Below the pieces are notes generated by a model. The model was not told the origin of the DNA, did no database searches, and was given only the letters and a program-made list of their open reading frames with translations. This document shows positions 9,804 through 19,260 of a stretch of 64,000 nucleotides of DNA, piece by piece. The stretch is from Deltaproteobacteria bacterium (lineage in GTDB: Bacteria > Myxococcota_A > Polyangia > Polyangiales > Houyiibacteriaceae), in the NCBI GenBank assembly GCA_034670305.1, contig JAXMNT010000023.1, forward strand, positions 1 through 64,000. The letters are read 5' to 3'. The position numbers were made by a program, and so were the translations under genes. The first letter of the stretch is position 1. Each line of letters begins with the position of its first letter.

Positions 9804-10396
9804 CGGTCGCTCCTTTGACGAAGTCCCCAGACCAGCGCCAGCCAGAATCCGGCCCCCGCCGCGCTGCTCTCGCTCGCGGCGCAGCCCGCGCAGCCGCCGC
9901 TGCTGGGTGCTGGGTTGGCGCCGGTCGAAGAAGCCTGCTCGGTCTCCTGTCCGGGCAACGGTCCACCGCCCGGCTCGCCTGGCTGGGGACGACGGTAGGG
10001 CGGGGCGATGCACCGGGACTCTTCCACACACCGCGCTTCGGAGTCCGAGCCGTGTTGCGCTTCGCAGACGCCGTCTTCGGGGCACTCGCCCGTGACCACG
10101 GTGTTGATGCTGTTGCCCGAGTCGACCTCTTCCATGCAGAAGCGTGTGGGCTCGCACGTTGCGCCCGCTCCGTACCGCTCGCCGCACACCACGTCGTCTT
10201 CACACGCACTGTTCGGTGAGCAACCGATGCTGCAGCTGCCGTGGCTGCCGCCGTACGGGATCGTGCCGGGCATGCAGTGGTTGGGCGGGCAGTCGCGCGT
10301 TCCCCAACCGCCTTCGGGAATGGCGTCCGCGTTTGTGTTCACTGGAGTGAGTCCAACCGCGACGGTTGTGATCGCAGCGAAGAGAAGCAGCTTCAT
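9800..10396 (-). CDS. Cys-rich secreted protein with MYXO-CTERM-like tail (paralog 1)
   Basis: GGAGGA RBS, MKLLLFAA signal; YGAGATCEPTRFC matches YGEGATCIETRFC in the neighbour; tail SGGCAGCAA...FWLALVWGLRQR. Confidence 0.82.
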   Translation of the reverse strand: MKLLLFAAITTVAVGLTPVNTNADAIPEGGWGTRDCPPNHCMPGTIPYGGSHGSCSIGCSPNSACEDDVVCGERYGAGATCEPTRFCMEEVDSGNSINTVVTGECPEDGVCEAQHGSDSEARCVEESRCIAPPYRRPQPGEPGGGPLPGQETEQASSTGANPAPSSGGCAGCAASESSAAGAGFWLALVWGLRQRSDR

Positions 10397-12360
10397 GGGG
10401 TCCTCCACTCTTGGCCGGGGCTGTAGCGGATGGTGATCGGGCGGGCCTGAACGATCACGAAGCGGCGGCCGCTTCGGGTCAGCAACATCTCCACGTCGAC
10501 CGCGTTGGCGTCGCCTCCGTAGAGCGGTTCGAGTTCGTCGTGGAGCTTCTGCAGGAGCGCGCCGAGCCGCTGCAGGTCGGCTTCGGTCAAGATGGGTTGC
10601 CCGCCGTTGCGGGTGCTGCGGCTGATGACTTCGAACTCCATCTCTTCGGCCCAGGTGTAGATCATCACCTGCTCGGGAAGTTCGTCGTCGCCGGCGCCGG
10701 TGACGCTGCCGCCCTCCGCTTGCACGTTCACGTAGACGCCGGGGCGGCCTTCATCGAACGGGTTGCGGGTGATGGCGACCCCGCTGCCGACGACGTCGTC
10801 GACGAAGGGTTGGATGAGCACGGCCATCGCGACCCGCAGGTGGTCGATGCGGTACCACTCCCGCTCTTCCCAGCCGCGCTGCAGCCAGACGCTCGCCCAC
10901 ACCTTTCGGATCGCGTCGGAGATCTGAGCCCGCGTCGCGCGGGCATCCACGACCACCGATTCGTAGAGCCCGGCGCCGTTGAAGCCGACCAGGTCTTCGG
11001 CGTTGGTGCTCGACCGGAAGATCCACCGGCGGTCCGAGCCCGCCATCTTGGCGGCGACCGCGGCGAGCAGCGCGTCGGGCACATCGCCCCGCTCGATCGA
11101 TTGGCGAACCGTCGCGAGGCGGGTCGCCCGGGCCGAGCGGTCCGACCGAAACGCGCCGTCGGCGTGCATGGCCTGAAGCTCGGCTTGGACGCGATGGCGG
11201 TTGAGGTGGTCGTGGTAGTAGGCGAAGGGCACCACGAATCCGCCGGGGGTCTCGATGCCCTCCAGTCCGCAGACTTCTCCGAGTTGCGAGGCTTTGGCGC
11301 CCGCGAACCGGCCGTCCTCGAGGCGCAGCGAACACACCTCTTGAAGATCGCGGTAGGCGATGTCCTGGTCCGGCACGAAGGTCCGGGCCGGCCGCCGGGC
11401 CGCCCAATGGCGTTCGGCCGCGGCTTGATCCGCGCGCTCCAGTACGAAGTCCTGCGGACCGACGTGCAGCCGCACCAGCTGGCCTTCGAGTGCGGTGAAG
11501 CGGGGATCGTCGATCGCGCCCCGCACCGCCATGTCGGGCGTGCCCCGGTTGCGGCTCAGCACCGCGACGTGGGCGAGCGGCGCTTGCAACCGGCTGGTGA
11601 CGAGCCCACTCGCGGGCGGCAGCTCCATGGGAACGTGTTCGGTGACGAGCAGGTCGCTCGGCCGGACCTCGGAGACGTCCAGCGTCCCGCGCACGATGCG
11701 CAGGTAACCATAGGCTTCGCCGGTCACGAGCGGCTGGTACCGCACCGAGGCCATGAGCGCGTCCGCGTCCACGCCGGGCAGCCGGTCGCCGAGCATGCGG
11801 ACGTGGGTCTCCTGCATGGGACTGAGCGCGCGAAACCGAAGCGCCTCCCCGAAGAACGTGCGCTCCTTGAGATGCGCGAAGAACTGAGCGAGCCGCTGGG
11901 CGTCGATCGTGTCGCCCGCGACGAGCTCCATCGTCCATGCGTCCCCGTCGAGGTAGCGGACGAGGGAACAAAGCAGAAAGCGCCGGTTCGGTCGCCGGTA
12001 CTCCGAGATGTTGAAGGTGCCGTGGTCGAGGCTCGGGTCGATGAACTCGCGGGCGAAGCTGTAGTGCAGCTCCCACCGACCGGACTGCACGAAGTAGGTG
12101 CGCCAGTCGTCCTGCATGTCGACGATGACTTTCACCACCTCGGTCCGGGCGGCGACTTGGTAGTCCGGCCGGTAGGCGAGCAGGTCCCACTGCGCCTGGT
12201 CGGCGATCTGGGGCAGCGCGTCCGGTGCGCTGGCCGCGACCTCGGCGCCCGAGGAGTCCCTGCTCCGGTCCCGGGTGACCGTCGGGATCGGGTCGCAGGC
12301 CACGGCGCAGAGCATCGCGGTCGCCGCAAACGCACAAAAGAGGGGGTGCTTGGGTCGCAT
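10393..12360 (-). CDS. Lipoprotein with phosphohistidine swivel and PEP-synthase/PPDK-type ATP-grasp domains
   Basis: Lipobox LCAVAC; LAHVAVLSRNRGTP; GAKASQL, RSSTNAED..FNGAGLYES, MAVLIQ, DVE, VQARPIT. Confidence 0.85.
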   Translation of the reverse strand: MRPKHPLFCAFAATAMLCAVACDPIPTVTRDRSRDSSGAEVAASAPDALPQIADQAQWDLLAYRPDYQVAARTEVVKVIVDMQDDWRTYFVQSGRWELHYSFAREFIDPSLDHGTFNISEYRRPNRRFLLCSLVRYLDGDAWTMELVAGDTIDAQRLAQFFAHLKERTFFGEALRFRALSPMQETHVRMLGDRLPGVDADALMASVRYQPLVTGEAYGYLRIVRGTLDVSEVRPSDLLVTEHVPMELPPASGLVTSRLQAPLAHVAVLSRNRGTPDMAVRGAIDDPRFTALEGQLVRLHVGPQDFVLERADQAAAERHWAARRPARTFVPDQDIAYRDLQEVCSLRLEDGRFAGAKASQLGEVCGLEGIETPGGFVVPFAYYHDHLNRHRVQAELQAMHADGAFRSDRSARATRLATVRQSIERGDVPDALLAAVAAKMAGSDRRWIFRSSTNAEDLVGFNGAGLYESVVVDARATRAQISDAIRKVWASVWLQRGWEEREWYRIDHLRVAMAVLIQPFVDDVVGSGVAITRNPFDEGRPGVYVNVQAEGGSVTGAGDDELPEQVMIYTWAEEMEFEVISRSTRNGGQPILTEADLQRLGALLQKLHDELEPLYGGDANAVDVEMLLTRSGRRFVIVQARPITIRYSPGQEWRTP

Positions 12361-12409
12361 TCCACGAAGAGCGTAGATCGGCAGGGCCTCCGCACGCTAT
12401 GACCGCACG

Positions 12410-14548
12410 ATGTCCGACGACGACCAGCTGGACCTGCTTGCGGGCCTCATGACGAAGAAGGAACCGGAGAAGCCGGCACCTGCGCCCGCGACCGCACCCT
12501 CAGAGCCCGCCGCTGCGGCGCAAACGAAGACGGCCGCACCCACCGATGCGCCGAGCCCTGCATCCTCGGCTCCGTCCTCGACGTCCGCGACTTCGAAGCC
12601 TGCGACTTCGAAGCCCGCGACTTCGCCTCGCCCGGCTTCGGATGTTCCAGCGGGCTCGCTCTCGTCGCGTTCTCATCCGATCCGGATCGGTTGGGTGGCG
12701 TTGCCCGGCGATCCCAAAGGACGGCTCGGGCTCGGGTTCGTGCCTGGCCGCCGCGACGTGTCCCGCTACACCGGCGCGCGGTGGGCGCGGGATCTGGATG
12801 TCGACCTCGAACACCTGAGGGAAGAACACGGCGTGACCCATCTGGTGGTGGTCCACGGCCGTGGCGAGCTCGAAGCGGTCGGGGTGCCACACCTGGCGGC
12901 GGAAGCGGCGGTCGCAGGGTGTGTGGTCTCGACCTTGGTCGTCGAGGACGAAGGCACGCCCGACCGGGCCGAGCTCGACGCGGTCTGCAAGAGCATCATC
13001 GCTACCGTGAATGAAGGCGATCGCGTCGCGGTGGTCAGTCGTGGAGGGCAGGGGCGAACCGGACTCGTCGTCGGCGCGGTGCTCGTGGCCCTCGGATCCG
13101 AGGTGGAGCGCGCGCTCGATCTCCTGCGCGAACTGCGCGGCCCGCACTGCCCCCACCCGGCCGGAGTGGCGTTCCTGCGCGGGGACGAACACGTCGCCTC
13201 GGGCGTCACCGTGTCCGAGACCGACGTTGAGGCGGACGAAAGGGCGGACGATCGAGACGACTTCGCCGACCCGCCCCGATACGCGGAAGACGAAGACGAC
13301 GAAGACGAAGACGACGAAGACGACGACGACGACGAAGACGAAGACGAAGACGAAGACGACGACGAAGACGAAGACGAAGACGAAGACGACCTTGTCGTAG
13401 GCGAAGGTGTTCCCGAAGAGGACGACCGCGACCACGACTTCCGGGAAGAGGGCGCGCACGCCTTCGACGACGAACCCTTCGTGCCGAGCCGCGTCGGTGG
13501 AGAGGGCGGCGGGCACCTGCTCGACGCGTCGGTCGGCGAGGTGTCGGGGACCTTCGATCTCACCGCGCCGCCCGAAGCGGCACCGCCAGCGACGCAGATC
13601 GCGCTCGACCCCGGCATGTCGCGCAACGTGGGCGCCGTCCTCGGCGCGGCGATCGGCGACGCGATCGGTCACCCGACGGAGTTCGTCGGCACGTTCGAAG
13701 CGATCCGTGAGAAGTGGCCGCCGAACGGGGTCACCGGCTTCGAACTCTGGTGGGACCGAGGCGGCCAACGATTCGCGCCCTACACCGACGACACCCAGAT
13801 GGCGGAGATCGTCCTGCGCGGACTGCTCTGGTCCCGCGACCACGACGCCGACCTCGACGCGACGATGAAGAAGATCGCCGAGGGCTTCATCGTCTGGTCG
13901 ACCCACCCCCAGGGCGGACACCGCGCGCCGGGCAATGCGTGCTTGGCCGGATGCCGCGCGCTCGCGGCCGGCAGCGATTGGTGGACCGCGGGCGGACCGA
14001 CGGCGGGCGGATGCGGCTCCGTGATGCGGGCGTACCCGTTCGGATTGATCTTCGCGCACGACCTCGAGCGCGCCGAACGTTGGTCGGTCGAACACTCCAA
14101 ACTCACCCACCGCGATCCGATCGCGCTGGCCGCGAGCGGCGCGATGGCGGTCGGCGTCGCGCGGGTCGTACGCGGAGAAGCGCCCCAAATGGTGGCGAGT
14201 GAGATGGTCGCGGCCGCGTGCCGGCAGAGCCCGCGCACCGGCGCGATGATGGCCCAAGCGCTCGAAGAAGCCCTCGACGGCACCCCGCCGGAGGTCACGC
14301 TCAAGCGGCTCGAAGGCTGGGCCGCCCACGAAGCGGTGGCGGCGGCCGTCTACCTCTTCATGCGCCACCCGGACGACATCCGCGCCGCCATCCTCGAGGG
14401 CGCGAACTCACCCGGCGACAGCGACAGCCTCGCGACCCTGGCCGGCGCACTGGTCGGTGCGCGTCGCGGCCTCGGAGCGATCCCGGAAGACTGGGTGAAC
14501 GGCGTGGAACGAAGCCGCGCGCTCATGGCGCTGGGCGCCCGGATCTAG
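12410..14548 (+). CDS. Fusion: CDKN3/PTP-like domain (degenerate P-loop) + acidic linker + ADP-ribosylglycohydrolase
   Basis: PTP-like WARDLDVDL...VVSRGGQGRTG; ARG motifs GAAIGDAIG, YTDDTQM, GCGSVMR, THRDP, GDSDSLA. Confidence 0.88.
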   Translation: MSDDDQLDLLAGLMTKKEPEKPAPAPATAPSEPAAAAQTKTAAPTDAPSPASSAPSSTSATSKPATSKPATSPRPASDVPAGSLSSRSHPIRIGWVALPGDPKGRLGLGFVPGRRDVSRYTGARWARDLDVDLEHLREEHGVTHLVVVHGRGELEAVGVPHLAAEAAVAGCVVSTLVVEDEGTPDRAELDAVCKSIIATVNEGDRVAVVSRGGQGRTGLVVGAVLVALGSEVERALDLLRELRGPHCPHPAGVAFLRGDEHVASGVTVSETDVEADERADDRDDFADPPRYAEDEDDEDEDDEDDDDDEDEDEDEDDDEDEDEDEDDLVVGEGVPEEDDRDHDFREEGAHAFDDEPFVPSRVGGEGGGHLLDASVGEVSGTFDLTAPPEAAPPATQIALDPGMSRNVGAVLGAAIGDAIGHPTEFVGTFEAIREKWPPNGVTGFELWWDRGGQRFAPYTDDTQMAEIVLRGLLWSRDHDADLDATMKKIAEGFIVWSTHPQGGHRAPGNACLAGCRALAAGSDWWTAGGPTAGGCGSVMRAYPFGLIFAHDLERAERWSVEHSKLTHRDPIALAASGAMAVGVARVVRGEAPQMVASEMVAAACRQSPRTGAMMAQALEEALDGTPPEVTLKRLEGWAAHEAVAAAVYLFMRHPDDIRAAILEGANSPGDSDSLATLAGALVGARRGLGAIPEDWVNGVERSRALMALGARI
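13286..13390 (+). repeat. In-frame GAC/GAA array encoding about 35 consecutive Asp/Glu
   Basis: Only GAA and GAC codons, mostly as GACGAA hexamers. Confidence 0.95.
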
Positions 14549-14555
14549 AGGCGCC

Positions 14556-14761
14556 TGCGGAAGCAGTGACGGAATCGGAAGCGGAAGCGGAAGCGGAAGC
14601 GGAAGCGGAAGCGGAAGCGGAAGCGGACGCGGTCGCCGAAGCCGAATCCGAATCCGAATCCGACGCCGAAGCCGAAGCCGAAGCCGACGCCGAAGCCGAC
14701 GCCGAAGCCGAAGCCGACGCCGACGCCGACGCCGAAGCCGAAGCCGACCGACGCCGACGCC
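14556..14761. repeat. Intergenic hexamer array (GCGGAA block, then TCCGAA/GCCGAA/GCCGAC)
   Basis: Begins just after the stop at 14548. Confidence 0.95.
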
Positions 14762-14824
14762 GTTCGGGCCGGCGTGCTGTCAAGCGGTTGACAGCCGCGC
14801 GTGCCGCACCACCTTCGCTGGGCC

Positions 14825-15247
14825 ATGGACCTCCCGATCACCGCCACCCTCACGCTTCCGAGCGCGGACCTCTCCTGGTCTGCCGCGAAGGCTGGTGGTC
14901 CGGGGGGACAGCACGTCAACAAGACGAACTCGAAGGTCGACCTGCGTTTCGATCTCGAAGGCACCACGGCGCTCATCCCGCCGGTGAAGGCCCGGCTGCG
15001 CGCGATGGCCAACCTCGACGCCGACGGGCGCGTGATCATCGTCGCCGCGTCGTCGCGGTCGCAGCAGATGAACCTGGAAGAAGCACGCAAGCGACTCGCA
15101 GAGCTCGTGCGCAAGGCGCTCGTGCGGCCGAAGCGGCGCCGCGCCACCAAGCCAAGCCGGGGCGCGAAGCGGCGCCGGCTCGAAGACAAGCGGCGCACCG
15201 CGACCAAGAAGCAGAGCCGCGGCAAAGTCGGCCGCGAGGACTACTGA
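14825..15247 (+). CDS. arfB: Alternative ribosome-rescue peptidyl-tRNA hydrolase ArfB
   Basis: GPGGQHVNKTNSKVDLRF, SRSQQMN, basic tail PKRRRATKPSRGAKRRRLEDK. Confidence 0.95.
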   Translation: MDLPITATLTLPSADLSWSAAKAGGPGGQHVNKTNSKVDLRFDLEGTTALIPPVKARLRAMANLDADGRVIIVAASSRSQQMNLEEARKRLAELVRKALVRPKRRRATKPSRGAKRRRLEDKRRTATKKQSRGKVGREDY

Positions 15248-15276
15248 TCGGCCACCCACGCTGAGGACGACCAACT

Positions 15277-15367
15277 GCGGAAGCGGAAGCGGAAGCGGAA
15301 GCGGAAGCGGAAGCGGGCTCGAAGGGCAAGGGCAAGGGCAAGGGCACGGGCAAAGGCACGGGCACGG
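15277..15367. repeat. Intergenic hexamer array (GCGGAA block, then GGGCAA/GGGCAC)
   Basis: Two adjacent period-6 blocks downstream of arfB. Confidence 0.93.
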
Positions 15368-15414
15368 TCGGGCTGCGTGGACGCGGGCTCTCCGCGTCTG
15401 CCACAGTGCCCGGC

Positions 15415-16881
15415 ATGCGTTCCTTCTGTCTCGCCCTCGTCTGCGCATCGCTTGCAGCGTGTGGTGCCCGGACCGATCTCCAGGTCGACCCGCCCGTGTT
15501 CGATGCCGGGCTGGTGGATGCGACCGATCGACCGGACGTGCGCTTGTCCGACGCGGGGTTCGACGAGCTCTGCAACGGCGTGGACGACGACCGCGATGGA
15601 CGCGTCGACGAGGAGATCGAACCGCGGGTTTGTGAGCCGCCCGGCCCGTGCAGCGGTGTCTCCCGCTGCCTCGCCGGGCGCTTCGGCCCGTGCGAGATCC
15701 CGCCGCCGGAACCCGAGTCCTGCAACGGCCGCGACGACGACTGCGACGGAGCCACCGACGAGGGCTTGGGGTTCGGTCCGGTCGGCGAGATCGTCGAACT
15801 TCGAGGCGACACCGGCGGCAGCGACATCTGCACGAGCTGCCGGTGGGCCTTCGACACGTCGCTCACGCCGATCGACACGGGCTACCTCGTCGATTGGCGG
15901 GTGGGGATCCTCGGGGACAGCGAGATCCCGAACTTCTACCAGCGCCGCATCGCGCCCGACGGCACGCCGCTCGGGGAGGTCGAGTTGCCTTCCATGGATG
16001 TGGTGCTGGATGTTCGGTACGTCGGACGGAGCGATCACCGCGCGGTGCTGCCGCGCGAAGGGGTGGCGCGGGTGTGGCGGGGCGACGATCCGATCTGGAT
16101 CGAAACCGATCGCACCGGCCGCACCGAGATCCGCGACCGGCCGTACACCCTCGGCGCGGGTTGCCGCTCGGCCAACGTCGGGGAGACCGTCTGGACCGGA
16201 GAACGTCTGGTGTCGGTGTGCTGGGACGAGGACGCGGTGTTTGTCGCGTCGCTCGCACAGGACGGAACCGACGTCCGGAACGAACGCATCCCACTCGAAG
16301 GCGCGCGGGGCGGAAACGTGGCGGTCTACAATGGCCTCGTGGGGGTCCGTACCTTCGTGGTGCGCGACCGCGCGGAACGGTACGTCGAGTTCATGTTGCT
16401 CGACGCGAACGGTTTCGTGGTCGTGCCCCCCCGCCGAGTCGATCTCGAGTACGCGAGCTGGGCCCGCCTCATCGGGACCGAAGCCGGCTGGCAGTACTGG
16501 ACGTTCCACCGCGGTCCGACCACCTGGCAACAGCTCTCCTTCGAAGGCGACCCGCTGACCGAACCGCAACCGTTCTTCGACGCGCGGCGCAACGGCGACG
16601 CGCCCTACCAGGACGTGCAGCGGGTGGACGAGTCGAGCTCCGAGTTCCTCAACATCTGGCAGTCGCCCTACGGCGAACCCGACGAGGACCTGCACGTCGA
16701 GTTCATCGACGCGGAAGGCAACATCGGCCGGGCCTGGCAAGGGCCGCTCGGAGAGCGCGGCGGGAGCGACTTCCACCCGCACATCGGCGACGACGGGAAC
16801 GTGCGGCTGGTATGGCATGGGTCGAGCGAAGACAGAACGATCAACGCGGTGTACTTCATGGAGCTCGGCTGCGTGCCGTAG
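15415..16881 (+). CDS. Lipoprotein with two putative metal-binding (E.CNG.DDDCDG..DE) motifs
   Basis: Lipobox LAAC; ELCNGVDDDRDGRVDE and ESCNGRDDDCDGATDE. Confidence 0.82.
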   Translation: MRSFCLALVCASLAACGARTDLQVDPPVFDAGLVDATDRPDVRLSDAGFDELCNGVDDDRDGRVDEEIEPRVCEPPGPCSGVSRCLAGRFGPCEIPPPEPESCNGRDDDCDGATDEGLGFGPVGEIVELRGDTGGSDICTSCRWAFDTSLTPIDTGYLVDWRVGILGDSEIPNFYQRRIAPDGTPLGEVELPSMDVVLDVRYVGRSDHRAVLPREGVARVWRGDDPIWIETDRTGRTEIRDRPYTLGAGCRSANVGETVWTGERLVSVCWDEDAVFVASLAQDGTDVRNERIPLEGARGGNVAVYNGLVGVRTFVVRDRAERYVEFMLLDANGFVVVPPRRVDLEYASWARLIGTEAGWQYWTFHRGPTTWQQLSFEGDPLTEPQPFFDARRNGDAPYQDVQRVDESSSEFLNIWQSPYGEPDEDLHVEFIDAEGNIGRAWQGPLGERGGSDFHPHIGDDGNVRLVWHGSSEDRTINAVYFMELGCVP

Positions 16882-16890
16882 GGAAGCACG

Positions 16891-17108
16891 GCCCTGCCGT
16901 GCCCGTGCCACGGCCCTTGCCCGTGCCCTTGCCCGTGCCCTTGCCCTTGCCACGGCCCTTGCCCGTGCCCTTGCCCGTGCCCTTGCCCTTGGTCGTCCGA
17001 AGCCGATCCCGAAGCCGAAGCCGATCCCGAAGCTGAAGCCGAAGCCGATCCCGAAGCTGAAGCCGATCCCGACGCCGAAGCCGGGCCCGATCCCGATCCC
17101 GATCCCGA
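16891..17108. repeat. Intergenic hexamer array (CCCTTG/CCCGTG, then GCCGAA/CCCGAT)
   Basis: Starts about 10 nt after the stop at 16881. Confidence 0.95.
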
Positions 17109-17153
17109 CAACCGAGGCCCACGCCTTCGGGGTGGGTTGGTATCGTCCGGCGC

Positions 17154-18131
17154 ATGACGTCTCGCGCGGGGTTGGTGTTGGTCACGGGGGCGACTGGGTT
17201 CTTGGGGGCGCATCTGGTGGCGTCGTTGCGGGCGGCCGGATGCGAGGTGCGGGCGTTGGCGCGGGCGACGAGCCGGACGGAAGCGCTCGAGGCAGAGGGC
17301 GTGAACGTGGTGCGGGGATCGTTCGACGACGCGCCGGCGCTGGATGCCGCGATGGACCAAGTCGATGCCGTGGTGCACGCGGCGGGGGGAGGCATCGCGC
17401 GCCGCGCAGAGGAGGTCTACCAAGCCAACACCGATTCGACGCGACATCTGCTCGACGCCGCAAAACGAACCAAGGTGAAGCGCTTCGTGCTCGTGTCTTC
17501 GCTGGCCGCGCACGGACCGGGGCCGATGGCGCGGGAGAGCGAACCGGCGCGGCCCCGCTCTCACTATGGGCGCAGCAAGCGGGCCGCGGAGCTCGCGCTC
17601 GAGCGGTACGCGGGCGACATGGAGGTGCTCGCGCTGCGGCCGCCCGCGCTCTATGGACCGGGCGAACACCGGATGGTGGGGCTCTTTCGCGCGGCGCAGC
17701 GGGGCTTCGTGCCGATGGTGCATCCGCGCGGCACCCTCTCCATGCTCAGCGGGCGCGACTGTGGAGACGTGCTCGCGCGTGCGGCGACGCAACCGGGCGT
17801 GCCGAGCGGGGTGTACTTCGTCTCGGAGCCCGAGCCGTACGTTCGGTCCGAGATGGCGCGCGCGATCGGCGCCGCGGTGGGGCGTACGATCCGGGTGGTG
17901 CCGGTCGGCGTCGGGGTGCTGCGGGGCATCGGGTTGGCCTCACAGCTCGTGTCGGAGCTGCGCGGTCAGGGCGCGCTGATGGGCGTCGACAAGGTCCGCG
18001 ACGCGAGCGCGCCGCACCAGACCTGCGATCCTTCGCTCGCGATGCGCACCTTCGACTGGGCGCCCGAGGACGATTTTCGAACCGGCGCGCGCGAAGCCTA
18101 CGAAGGCTACCGCGCGCGCGGCTGGCTCTGA
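17154..18131 (+). CDS. NAD-dependent epimerase/dehydratase (extended SDR)
   Basis: TGATGFLG, VHAAG, VSS, YGRSK, RPPALYGP. Confidence 0.92.
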   Translation: MTSRAGLVLVTGATGFLGAHLVASLRAAGCEVRALARATSRTEALEAEGVNVVRGSFDDAPALDAAMDQVDAVVHAAGGGIARRAEEVYQANTDSTRHLLDAAKRTKVKRFVLVSSLAAHGPGPMARESEPARPRSHYGRSKRAAELALERYAGDMEVLALRPPALYGPGEHRMVGLFRAAQRGFVPMVHPRGTLSMLSGRDCGDVLARAATQPGVPSGVYFVSEPEPYVRSEMARAIGAAVGRTIRVVPVGVGVLRGIGLASQLVSELRGQGALMGVDKVRDASAPHQTCDPSLAMRTFDWAPEDDFRTGAREAYEGYRARGWL

Positions 18132-18168
18132 GTCCGGAGCCCGCCGCTCCCTTGTCCTGGCTCGATCC

Positions 18169-19260
18169 TCACTCGCCGATCCATTCGCAGACGCCGCTCT
18201 CGGGGCTGCAGATGTGCATGAACGGGCAGCGCTGCTGATTGGTGAAACACAGGGTCTCGCATCGACGCATGCCGGAGTCGTGTTGCACACACACGGTGCC
18301 AGGGGCTTCGCAGTCGGCGTCTGAGCCGCACACGTGCCGGACCACCCCGTTGAGTTCGAGCTCCCAGTCGCACCCCGACGCGACGCCGCCCATGCGGCAG
18401 ACGGTGCCGGGGCCGCACTCGGGGCCCGCGCAGTCGTCCCCGCGTCCTTCGCAGATGGGACTCGCCAGTCCGCGGCTGCCGCTGCATTGTTCACTCACGT
18501 CACAGTCGAAGTCGGGTCCGTGAACCGGCGGCCGGTCGGACCCGGTGCGGTTGCACGCGCGGCCGCAGACCCCGCCGTGACACTCGACGAAGTCACCGAG
18601 CGCCGGGATGCAGAGCAGCCCGAATGTGCAGTCGCAGTTGCGGGTGCATTCGTCTCCGGTGGAACCGGTCTCGCGGCAGGGCGGTCCATCGAGTTCGGGG
18701 ATGGTGAACTCGACGCGGGAGCCGCTGAGTTCGTCTGCGACCACGTAGGTGTCCGCCGCCACGACGGCGGTGATGAAGCGGCTCTCTTGGGCCGCGACGC
18801 CGAAGCAACCGTCGGACTCTTCGACCGGATGGTGGACCCAGACGAACGCTTCGACGAGGCGGGTGCCATCGGGAACGAGCGTCACCTTCACCGGCCCGCC
18901 GTACTCGCAGGTGTGGCTGATCGGGATGTCGACCCGCACCACGGCGGTGCCTCCTTCGTCCACGAAGCAGCCGATCTCGTTGGGGAAGCTCAAGAAGCTG
19001 CCGCGGCGTTCGAGGCGCCAGTAGCGGCCATCTCGGAGGCCCGTGTCCCGTGGGCCGGCATCGGCCACGGAGACGTCCGGGGTGAAGCCCACGTCTCGAT
19101 CGAAGATGGGCGCGTCGGCCGATGCATCGCGCACGGATGCATCGGCTCGGCGCTCGCCTTCGACGACGTGGTGTTGGGCGCATGCTGTGGCCATCGCGCA
19201 GCTCAGGAGCGCAACGAGTGTCGCGCGCGAGCGCTCGGCCTCCACATGCACCCCGCCCAT
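18169..19260 (-). CDS. Cys-rich hypothetical lipoprotein
   Basis: ATG overlaps the upstream stop (TGATG); hydrophobic stretch ending ATAC; Asp-Ala linker; Cys-rich C-terminus. Confidence 0.72.
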   Translation of the reverse strand: MGGVHVEAERSRATLVALLSCAMATACAQHHVVEGERRADASVRDASADAPIFDRDVGFTPDVSVADAGPRDTGLRDGRYWRLERRGSFLSFPNEIGCFVDEGGTAVVRVDIPISHTCEYGGPVKVTLVPDGTRLVEAFVWVHHPVEESDGCFGVAAQESRFITAVVAADTYVVADELSGSRVEFTIPELDGPPCRETGSTGDECTRNCDCTFGLLCIPALGDFVECHGGVCGRACNRTGSDRPPVHGPDFDCDVSEQCSGSRGLASPICEGRGDDCAGPECGPGTVCRMGGVASGCDWELELNGVVRHVCGSDADCEAPGTVCVQHDSGMRRCETLCFTNQQRCPFMHICSPESGVCEWIGE

